The notes under the pieces were generated by a model, which searched no databases, was not told where the DNA came from, and saw nothing but the letters and a program-made list of their open reading frames with translations. From the NCBI GenBank assembly GCA_977016875.1, contig CDRNST010000196.1, forward strand, positions 1,178,001-1,242,000: a DNA stretch of 64,000 nt, written 5' to 3'. Source of the stretch: Pavona decussata. Taxonomy: Eukaryota. Below, in pieces: positions 30,801-42,800 of this stretch. The translations under genes and the position numbers were made by a program. The first letter of the stretch is position 1. The number at the start of each line of letters is the position of its first letter.

Positions 30801-33800
30801 TTCATTTCATTCTTGAAAATACTGTTCACGCGTGACCTGGATTGACTGTAAGAACATGAAATGAACAAATTGTCTTCATCATCCTGTCAATACAAAGAAA
30901 TGACAAGAACTTGTCTCTCCTCAAAACAATACACCTTGTTTCACTGTACCATATAACCTTGACCTTACGTTAAGGCTGGGACAAAAGTTACAACACTTAG
31001 TGAAACAATGGCACATTAAACGTGAAAAAGTTTCCGCTCGTAATAATTTTTCATTCTACATTGAAAATTTTAGACTGGCTACATAGTAGAATTTAAATGT
31101 GTTGTGCCTTTTTCACTTTTTTTTAATCAATCAATAATCAATCTTTATTATATGCTTTAACAATTTTGTTAGCTAATTACACTCAACCGCATGTAGCGAG
31201 CGCTACACGAGTGGGGTAGTGAAAGGGAAAAAGAAATATACAATATAGTGAAGACACAAACACACTAGAAGAAATGAAACAGTGCAGCAATATAAGAGAT
31301 GGAAAGCAATTACATTTTATAAAATAAATATTGCACCATATTGCACCATATGTCTGGGGTCTAAGACAAACAAATCCTAAACTGACCTTCACAGCATGCA
31401 GCTTCCCCATGACATCAATATCAGGAACCTCATGATACCATGGAGATAAGTTGCGAGCTAGATACACGGCTAGACTTGCTGGCTCCAGGACAAGACGGGT
31501 TGGTCCAATGTTTTCTCCATCTGTCATTATAGCCCTAAAGAGCATAAAGATATAAAACTGGAAACGTTTTACAGGCAAGACTAGTTGTTCCTCATTTTGT
31601 CATTTAATATGCTGAAGTCTACACACAACCACAAGTGGCAGTCTTCTTTTCTTGTCGTAAAGACCCATAGGAAAATAGAAATCAATTCTCCCTTGCATAA
31701 TAAAATTCACCTTATTGCAGAAAAAAGTCAACTGTAGATGGCCCAACCAGTAACCCAATGCAAAAAACCTCACAAACCCAACATATCCTTTGATAAATAG
31801 TAACAATACTTTGTCTGGTTAGAGGAGCAAAAGGAGGTTCACTAATAATGTGAATCTGACAACACTGACTCTCCACACTACAAAGATGCCTGTAACATGT
31901 TTACTTTGTAGAATGTAATTGTAACGTGCCTTATTGTGGCCACCCAACAAACTTTATTTTTACAAGTTAGCCATAAAATACAAAACATGTTTTCAATAAT
32001 TCGTTGTTGCATCACTTGCCTGTTGGACTTCGCAAGGAGGAATTGTGTAACACTGTGACACTTGTAGGTTCTGGAGTGATGTTCGTTTGATATAAAATCA
32101 GCTTGTCTACAAGCTCACTGGAGGCAATTCTGCAGGCTATTTCTGAGACACAATTTGATGTGGACTTGTCAAATTTCAAGTACTAAGTGGACGAACTATG
32201 CCAGGGAACAGATAGATAAACTTAGGGTAACACCTTTGCAACCAGAGTCTGTTCCGTCTGTAACAAAATCTGTGGACTTTCTTAATGACAAAGCTGTCTG
32301 TAACGACGTGGTACTTTTTACCATGAAGGATCTCCAGGCTGACAGAAGTTCGAATATGAAAATACTTTTCAATTATAACGCACCAATATTTAGCATATAT
32401 AGATATATAGATATATAGATATATAGATATATAGATATATAGATATAATAACAGATACAGAGAATCTTCAAAAGAAAAAAATACTACTTTTTGGCTTCCA
32501 TTGCAACAACTAAAGGCGAAGTTAATCTTGACTGCAAAGGTTGTAAAACTTGCAAGTGAAATTCAAACCTTAACAACTGCACAGACTTCAGCTCTACCAC
32601 CATGTTGTCTACAACAACGGCGTCACTTCCACTGGGATCCTCCCCGGTCTGCACCAGATTGAAACTGTTAGAGACACTGAGGTGACCAAGGTTTGCAACC
32701 AGAGCATCATAGGAAGTTGAGCTGACAGGGATGACTATCAGTGGAGCCTGGATGGATACGGAAAGGCTAATTCTTGAACTTTGGGTCTGGAGGTTTTGAA
32801 TCTATAAGGACAAAGAGTAAAAAAAAATCATGCTTTAAGCTAGATGTTATATTTGTACTTACGAACTGCAGGAAGTGGCGTCTAGCAGTACGTGAACAAA
32901 CCGCTTCAAATCTGGCACATTTTAAAGCTGTGCACATGTTCAAGAAAGAGGGACAGATAGCCACCTGGCTGTCCTGTCGTTTTCCATGGTTTTGGCTAGC
33001 TCTTTAAAGAAGACAAAATAATATCCACTGAACAAACTATTTCCAACCTGACTTATTTCATGTGCTGGATAGAGCTGCCTACACTTTGAATAACTGGCAC
33101 AGTCACCTGGTCATCCCATAGTTCTTCATGGACCAAAGCCACCTTTTGAACTTTATGGAGAAATTAGTTTCGTTTCAAGGGGACCAGTTTAATATTTCTG
33201 AGTAAAAGCAATCTTTGTACATATGATTTCCTCATAATGATACACAATGGAAAATATAAACCGTGTATAAAAAAGTGGTAGACACAGCAACATCAGCATG
33301 CCATAGCAAATTGTGAGACAAGCTACAAGACAAACAAGTTCAGTTAGGAACGATATGTAAAGAAACATAAAAGCCATATAGCTATGATGAATTTGTAAAC
33401 AGACAATGACAACAACATATTACGTAAATGTTGTAGATCTGTAATTTGTTGAAAAAATCCCTGTCCTTCTCGTGTCATTCTTGCAAAGCTTGTTCTTTTT
33501 AAATTACGAGGCATTTGCCAAGGACACGTTTTCAGAATACAATGAAACTTCGAGCTTATTTTTCAAGGGTCTCTGTGGCCGCTTAAATTGCTTTATATCT
33601 GCAAAGATCACCTTTTATGCGCTTATACTACTTCTTGCTAAAAGGTAAGCACCATGTGGCTGTTTACTTACAGTTGCAGTAGCTGACTCAGCTGCACTTT
33701 TTCTGGCATACTCCATTGCATCCTTTGCTCTTTGAAACTTGTTCAAGAAGTCCTGATAAAAATCATAAGTGCAATTGCTGTTCCCTTAGGCTTCAGTGAA

Positions 33801-36800
33801 AGTTGTGTTAAATCACTAGGTTGTACTCAACATAAAAGAGACAAAAAATCGTAGTCTTTGCCGACTAGTATGGCAAGAAAATGAAGTTAATAAGTAAATG
33901 AGTCCACATTTTTACATGTGTCCATATCAACCTTCATTTTCGGTGATATCGTGTTAAAGCTCAGTGATGATATAAATAATTCCCCTTGTTACACAGCACC
34001 TTCAAGCTAATCAGGTAATCCTGTTACAAATAACTGTCAGTTATTGACCCCACAATAACCTCTGATCATAGAAACCATGCCACATTCTTTTAAAAATCAT
34101 ATCGCCACGAAGTTCTACCGATGCAATTTTAAAGAAATGAAATGGTCCAGAAAGCTGATGTACATTGGGCCAAGACAACCACACCAAACTAGCTTGGAAA
34201 ACCTGTTTCGGCCCACACACCTCCGCCACTCATCATTCTGTTGTCCATAAGTATTCCTGTCCATAATTCCCATTCAGTCAATTCTCAGCACACCATACTT
34301 ACCAACAGGCGCATGACAAATTTGTTGAGAAAGACCACTCTGATACATCCTATTCCCATCTGGAATCTCACATCTACAGCTTCCATGTTTCTGAAGTTGC
34401 TGCCAGAAGTTGCTTCATTGTAGGCAACAACCTGGAGAAAAACGTAGTAATTAATCAAACTTGTCTGGTCTAAAATTACAGGTTTAAGAAACAGGCAGAC
34501 AATGTTGTGTGTTCAGAATATCGTTATTTCATAATAGAAGATGGCTGTCTCACAAACCTCAAGGCTGAACACCTCCTGGTTTACAATGGACACTATTTTT
34601 GGATACAAAGCTCCTGGAGTGGGATCCATTACTGACAAATCTTTCATCCTAATAAACACATTAGAAAAAAATTGTAGAAACGCTCGTTAGAAAAATAAAT
34701 GACCTTAACATTCCGACTGTAAGAACCTCTCAATGCTGCTATAAAGACCAGGTTTGTGCTTTCTACGAAGGCTTATATTCGTGTGAAATATACATTTCAC
34801 AGATTACTGCAGAAAAAAATCATGCCCATCTAAAACCTAGTGGTTAATTAGGTAAGTGCTTGACAGCAGTTTTTACAGAGTTATCTAAGGCACAAGTTGA
34901 CAAGATGAAAGTTAAAGAATAACATGACCTTCTAAACCTGAAGGTAATAACATTTTCATCTGGGTAACGTTCCCTTACATGTTTGCTATAAAGAACCATT
35001 TATACCACTAATTAAGAGAAACAATTGTCTGTTCCCAAGTAGGTACTCATAATTACACTGCCCGTGCCGAAGAAGTTGATGGGCAACTGCTTGCAATAGT
35101 AGACACCAGGTAATATCTTTGAGCCTTCTTGATAACATACCTGGCAGTAACTTCTGTTTTGCTGCCCTTCACCACGCAGTAGGCTGACAACCCTGTACAC
35201 GAACAAACAACTGTTGCTGAGCAAAAATGTCACTTTGCAAGCCTCAAAGATCAACAGATGCATTTTGATTGGGAGTTAAGGTTCAGGAGGGTCTCAGTTA
35301 ACACCTATGTCCTCCTTGAGTTCCCACAAACAGTTATATAGACAGGTCCAATGATAGTCAGACCTATATTAAGTGGCCCTCTATAGTCCAGTTTCGAATT
35401 TGCCAAGACCGATAGATAAAAAGACAAAAGTCGCAAAAAAGTCACTAATGTTAGGAGGAAAGTGCTGAAACCTAAAATAAAACAATACAAACAGTTATGA
35501 AAAGTTCATCTTCTCACTGGTATTTGTGAATATTTTACTTCAGGTTGAGGCTAACCCTGTATAAATGCATCTTTGTCTTTTTTTATCCAGCGGTCTTGGT
35601 TAATTCAGAGCTGGACTATTAAGCAGCTCCACTCATTAAGTGGGCATTTCTCAAACTCCCAAAAATAGCCTTGAGTCCCTTAATTACTGTAATCAGCAGT
35701 CGGTTCGAGTCACCTTTTAACGTTGTCCCAACCACTAAAGTTCCATTGTTTTCAAAAGTGTTGAACAGTCACCTCGAAAAAACACCACCATACAAGCATA
35801 CGTTAATGGCCAATTCATCTTGTGTCAGTTTTGCCCTAAGTATGCTTTTAATGTCTGGACCTTTGGATGAGGTCCTGGAGTAATACTAACATTACAGCTA
35901 CTGAGCAGTGCTTTCCTTAAGCGCCCCACGGTAATCTCAAAATATTATGAAAACTCAAGAGCCTGACACCTACCTCCAACAATGATGTGACTCAAATCAC
36001 CCTCTAAAGAAGTGACAGTAACACCAATCCCTCCAAGTTTTGCTGTTACTTCAATCTGCACTTCCTCTTGATCACCCTTCTTCTTTTTGCCCTTCTGTGC
36101 TACAGTTTGCGAGGCCTTAGAGTCATCTTGGACACCTACTTTGGAACCATCAGCAGAGACAGCTGGACTCTCCTCGCTGGTAAAGGCAAGAAAGTAACTG
36201 TTTAATTGCTTGAAAGCAAGTGATGCTTAAAACACTTTGGGAGACCATTATGCAAAAACATGAGTGGCCACCTCTTAGAAGGAGCATCTGTGGGTGGTTG
36301 AGAGCGCCTTGGGGGTGTATCCATCAGTGACAATATGAACAGCCCTAAACTGGTTTCAGAGGTGAAACATAAATAGAATGGAACACAGGACTACAAACTG
36401 GTCAATGTAAAGTGGACAGAACACTGATCTTATGTGAGACACAACAAAGAAAGTGGTCCAAAACAGACGGGTATAATATGAGGTTGTCAGAATTATGTCC
36501 CAGCTGGTACAAGCATGAGAAAGGTGAGCTTTATTGCAATACTGCGAATGGTTGGCCACACATTTCTCTTTATCAGTGTCTTGCAACCACTGATCCTGTT
36601 ATAACATGTGGAGATATGGAGCACAGGGTCATAAATTTTGTATATGTAGAGGATTGTACCTGGGGGGCAGCATTCTTGTTGATAAATCGATGATATTAAG
36701 TAAAGCTTCTTGATGCAGTTTAACTTGCAGCGAAGAGAATTCCACATCAACAGACTGTTGGGTAGACTTGAATCTTGACCTGTATTCAGGATGGTCTGAT

Positions 36801-39800
36801 TCAACCTTGATTACATAAAAGACAAAGTGATTGTTTGAGTTATTAGCTTTTATTCTACACTGCACATCGTGGAATTTATGCAATTCTAAACAAAATTGGC
36901 ATATGAACCATAATTTAAAATGTCAAATGTGGCACAAGAATTTTGCCAAGGATGCCTAATCTCTTAGTTGTGGACAAGCCCTTGTAACGCTTTGATGGAA
37001 CAATTACATATGGATTCCACTGAGTACCCTACAAACAGACGTTCAAATGTCCTGGGCACACTTATTTGAAAATGGCCCCATAAAAATTAACAAAGGGAGG
37101 GCCACCATGCCACCATAAACTAATTTGTTGAATAAACCCTGGCAGTGCTAAACTATTTCATTAGCAAATAACAACCTTCATAAACTTGACTGACAGCAGC
37201 TCTGCTCCAACAGGAGTTTGTACAAGATAAAGAGGGCCTCCATCCGGCCCATAGGTCATCTCCTTTACAGCCAAAGATCCCAGAGATGCAGTTGCTGTAA
37301 GGTCCCAAGGGTGCATAACCACTTTTGTACCCAACCCATTGATAGCCAGTTCAAGACAAGGAGTTATATCTCCTGTCTTATCCACTGTGCCGACATCAAC
37401 TGCAATCTGTAATGCAATATTAATAGAGACTGTCACTAACGAGTAGAGCAACAGACAATCAAATCCGGAGGTTAGTGGCTCGATTCCCACTGAGGTCAAT
37501 GATTTTTTTCTTTGCCTTGAATGGTCTCCTAATTCTATTTTAGAGTTAATGCTCAGTGGGATTTTCACGAGTTCACTTAGCACTTTAACATACACTACAG
37601 AGTTAATTCTCTGATCCATCGTTATGAAGTTTATTTTGTAAAAAAAACCTCAGGATCCGGCAAGCTCACTCTCTAAGACCTACCCCCATGAAGCATGAAA
37701 ACAACCGGGACCAATCCATTTTGAAGAAAACTAAATTATTGTAGCAATGATGCATAGAAAAGATTTTCTATCTTCCATTTGTAACATAAGTACATAAAGT
37801 CAACCTGGCTTCAATTGATGTAGCAACGTCGGCCACAATTTTTACAAAAATGTTATTGTCCCCTCCAATAAATAACACAAATAGAGGCCAATGAAGAAGT
37901 GATCAAAACTCAAAATTAGGTACTCCCGTAAACTGAACAAGCTATTTGCCCTGTGACAACTGATGTGTTAACTTCAAAAACGCGCCCCTGCAATACAATA
38001 TAACACAAAGGATTTGCCTCTACTTCATGCCCTACATTGTGCTCTATTAAGAACTGTGTTTGTTATTTGAACCTCATCTACTCTCGCTTAATTAGGGTGA
38101 CTAGAGTTTCCTGCTAACCTCCATTTTTCATTCGTTTTGAGTTAAAAATTGGTTGCTTCATGTAAGGACAAAGGGAGCTTATCCTTTGTACACAGACAAC
38201 GGAATTCACTGCATCTTATTTTACTCAAACTAAGCGCAAAATTGAGTAATGGCCAATGAAAGAAAGGTCTGCAACTTAAAATTGGATCTCATTTAGAGGA
38301 AGCTGTTCTCAGGGTCACGTTACAGGAAGTAGAGATAATCAAGCCTTATGACTCGTAAACAGACTACCTACTCCGACCTACCTGTTCTATTTCAAACTCA
38401 AGTGAAACTTTTATCTGTTTCGCCAAGGCCTCTTTTGCTTCAAGTTTAGCTTTCTCCAGCTTGGACTCACTAACAGTGACAGAAAACAACAAATGTTAAA
38501 TGAACAAAGCTTAAACAACTGATGAAGTATTTTGTAGTATTGAAGCAATTACCATCCAAAAACAGTACTGAAATCTCTTATCAGGGACTTTTCCCAAAAC
38601 TAAACACATTCCTTATTCTAAGGTTGACTGCTTACAAGAGATTAAAGTGCACTCGTAAAAAAAGATTCTTTGCAAACAAGTAGAGCAATAGTGTGGCTGC
38701 ATGTACTCAAGACCAACAATTAGCAGAGCTGCATATCATTTAGGTAATTATCCAAGTGTACACTGCATGTGTTCCCATTGAAATCAAAGGAAAACTTACC
38801 AAAGAAAAAGGATGATGAAAAGAGCAGACTGGTGAAGATGACAAGGAAGAGGATGAGGATGAGGATGAGGATGCAGATCGTGACAGAAACCAACCTGCTA
38901 AATTTCCTGAAGCCAGTAGTCTCAGTAGGATAGCTAGAATGATTTTGTTAGAACAGTTAAGAAGACTAATGTTGCTGGCTGTGGTTCTGACAACTTCAGA
39001 GGAAGTCCTCTTTAAAGTCAATTGAGTAGAGTATTATCAGCTGGTGCTGTTAACTATCCCGTTTTTCACTCACCTGGTCAGTTAAGACATCAGTGTCACT
39101 GGTTAGTAAGTTAGTTGTCATCCTCGTGCTGGTCTAATGTTAGTACTATTTGTTAGTGAGAAAACATTTGCTATGAGTCCATACCGTGATGGTGTTCCAG
39201 GAGGAGTAATGAACAGTTCTTCCTCTTCGTCGTCATCTTCTGCTGTGCCAGCTTCCAGTACACTCAAACTGGTTAATGGCCTGATTATTCAGGTAAGCAG
39301 TGTTATTTGTTATAAAGACTCAAAAAAGCTTATTGGTGAATTATCAGTTTACGATTAGTCTACATGTTAGTTTAACGCTTACACTGGTCTTCCGTCAACC
39401 TAGTTTGTCAAATATATTTATTTCTCAATGTAAATCCATACCTTGAAAGTGTTTCTGGAGGAGTCATAAACATTTCTTCTTGCTCTTCATGTTGTACTTC
39501 TGTGCTAGCCTCCAGAACCCCCAAACTTGTGACATTTGACTGAGTTCTTGTACCATATCGCCATTCTTCAACAGGAATATCCTGATATAAATTTAAATCA
39601 TGTTTTAGGTTTGTTTCCAAGCCTGATCTTCTGCCTCCTTACTTGGTAAAACTTACACAGCGACAATTCCTGGTCTAAAAACAAGTCTTGTAAAAAATTA
39701 TCATAGTGTGACAAGCACGGCACAAAGTTGTTCAAACTAGACTGTGACAAGTTTCATTGCAAAGCCAATCTGACAGAAACGCTCAAAAGCAATCCTATTG

Positions 39801-42800
39801 GAGAAGAATGAAAACCTATCTGGTACAAACTGTTCAAAGACTAGAGTACTAAAGTAGTCCTGTAGTACAACAAATGTCTGAAATCAGTGTTTTAAACCAA
39901 AGGCAAATATTTTCTTTGTTCTTATAGATTTGAGGCCACCGTGAAAGTTATCAGATATAGTGTGAACATAATCCCCAGATTTTCTTCCAAGAGCACACCT
40001 TGTTCTCCCCCAAGCTAACAGCAAAAGCAGTTTAAGGCCAGGTCATCACCTCATTTTTGTATAACTATGCGTGCCTCCGTTTTACCTTCACCTTGGCTAT
40101 GGATATCCTGATAAAACAACCTCTTTCATGTTATACGTTACATGAACACCATTATACCTACCACTGGTTTGGTATTTGCTTGGTCTACAGCTGTTTCCAC
40201 TCCTGGTATTGGAATACTCTGGGCAAGCTGCATCAAAATATCAAGCATCAAGAGAGTCGCAACATCCAAGATGGGAAGAGAAAATCTAAGGCGACTCTCC
40301 GTTTGCAGTGGGAAAAGGTTTAGGTTCTGTTTCTTTTATCACGTTAGTCAAGTTAACAAGACTACAAGATCTTGCAGTGATACTAGAAAGTTCACCAGCA
40401 GTAGAAAACGAGTAAAAAAATCAGGCCTAAATGATACCTCAAACAATGACACCACTCTAACAATCTGAGCTAACTGGGTATTGGCATTTGCAACTTAGAC
40501 AAGAAAGTTAAAGACTTCATTAAACACTATGTAAACCGCCGGTGGAAGATTGACCCGCGCTACAAAAGGAACCATGGCCTGGCCAAGCCATCAATCATTT
40601 TATTGTAGACACTGAGTTCTTAAGATCGCATAGTCCGTGCGACAAGATACAATAGAATACTGACAGAAGAAATTTGAAATTCGTATCAGAATTTGCATTG
40701 TCGATAAAGTCAGAGATTTATTCTTAACAACACAAGTTTTTACGGCTTACTTGTAAAATACTTCATCGAAAATCTTCTTTTAACCTGAAGTTAATGAAGT
40801 TGATTTTTTTGAAGACATGTTTCGCTTTATTTCTTAAAATCGTTCCCACACTACTCACATCCTACTTGCTCACTTCGTCAACCAAATGTCACTATGTGAC
40901 GTTGAAGCGGTGATAATGTGACAAAGGGTAGGAGAAGCTATCCCTTTTACGAAACTTTTGAACGCATATGACTACAAGACACAAAGATAAGCTGTTCTGA
41001 ATACTTTTCGTTGCCGCATCTCTTGTAGTGTAGATACACGCGCCAAACTTCACTTCGTGTGTAATAAACCAAACCGATTACAGTGCTGACACTACGGCAA
41101 AGGGCACGTTTGTCTCCTTTATAGTGTGGGTCCTTGTTTTCGTTGTGGTGATGTAAGCAACCTTAGCAGTTCCCGAGAAACCCTAAAGAAAACCAAGTTT
41201 AAACAGGACTACAATTCCTGTGCTTCATTCATGATCATGAAGGACATTTAGTTTAACCAAGGCTCAGCAATTGTACCCAAAACCATCCACGAAAACCTAT
41301 ACCAATTCTATAACCTCTGTAAGTAACATACAATGGGCTTTGTCTGCAATACTGCCTATCTGCAGGGGGTTCTTGGTTTTCTTAAGAGGACAAGAGTTCA
41401 TAAAAGAAGGCAATTGATTAGGATCCTAAAAGCAGCAGAAAATGCCTCCTTATGAAGTATCTACAGCGTGCAATAAGTTAATTAAGAAATTGACCATGAC
41501 TATTTTCCAAGGTATTATTGAGGTACTAATACCTTAATAACTTGCTGCAGCTTATCATCTGACACGTGAACCTTAACAGAAGGAAGGCTACCAGACAACT
41601 TAATTCTGTAACAAACAAAAAAATGTATGTTAACACTTCGCAACCAAGGTTACTTCTCTTTATTTTTATCTTTTTAACTGTTAAAATATAATATCTACAA
41701 AATAGGTTTCAGTTTATTTGTCAGTTATATTACAACAAAATTCAGTGGCGCAAATTTTTGTTAACAGAATGTTCAAAAGAAAGGGACTGTGCATCAGTGT
41801 GTTACTTTACCATTTTCCAACACCACTTTAAAACTAATTAAGACCAGACTTCCCCAGTTTCAATTCAACCTTCAATAATTATTTTGATAACAATCGAGAA
41901 GTTCAAAAATTATATCTCCAAGAAACCAAGAAATCAGGTTCATCTTGTTATGGCATATATTCTAGTTCAATATACATGTACAACTCTTCTTTAAACTTCA
42001 TTAAGATGTCTGTGACATATTATCGAACCTACCAGCACAGACAGCCATCTGATCAGCCGAAAAACCGAAAACGTTAAGTCATGTGAAGAGGTTCCCACTT
42101 TTGAATCCATGGTTGAAAAAATTAAGAAAAGGGTATTATTTCCTGTAGCTCTGTCTACATTTTAAGACCTTTCATTTTAATTGTTGAATTGACTGATTGT
42201 CTAGAGGTCTGAATTTAATCTGCTGCGATTATTTTTCACCAAAATATTTTTAAAGACTGAAATATAAATTTCAACTCACTGTGCGAGCCTGATGTCATCA
42301 GGGTTTAACGCTTTTTGTAGCTTCATGTCAATTTCCATGGGATCCAGGATGTGCATCCTTGACTTCACCTGCTTCCTTGCCGATTGCCAATCCTCGCCTA
42401 CATTACAAAACAAACAATTTACTTAAATATTGCTAGATTGTAAACTGTTATCAAGTGACAAGGGAATGATATAAAATGCATGCGCAGTGTCACAGTGCTG
42501 CAAGTAGTTTGGGGGTTTGGACTTTGATCACAAGAAGTGAGGGTCACGCTCGAGGGGATCTCTGGATTGTGCCATATTGTTTCCTAAGAATGTTACATAC
42601 CATTGTACTGCCAAATCACTGAGGAAACATGACAAATGCTGGACGTAAAACAAGACAAAAACGATTGCTAAAAATAGTCTCAAAGGTGACAACCTTCTTC
42701 ACAGTGACAAATGGAAGCATCTCAGATTCCAGGAAGGAAATTATCAAAAGAGACAAAACTACAAGCCCAAACTTCTCAAAAGGGACCAGGAGCATCAGAT

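Noticed and set aside
32395-32446. CRISPR-like array
   Set aside because: Simple 8-bp tandem repeat with no spacers; eukaryotic context
38810-39025. Plus-strand acidic peptide (EDDKEEDEDEDED) and minus-strand Ser-rich ORF 38740-39021
   Set aside because: Driven by a (GAGGAT)n repeat; the Ser-rich frame exits in phase 0, incompatible with the phase-2 exon 23
40552-41132. Old DNA transposon (GACCCGCGCTACAAAAGG / CCTTTATAGTGTGGGTC ends)
   Set aside because: Inverted termini too degenerate and no TSD recognisable; not supportable as a feature
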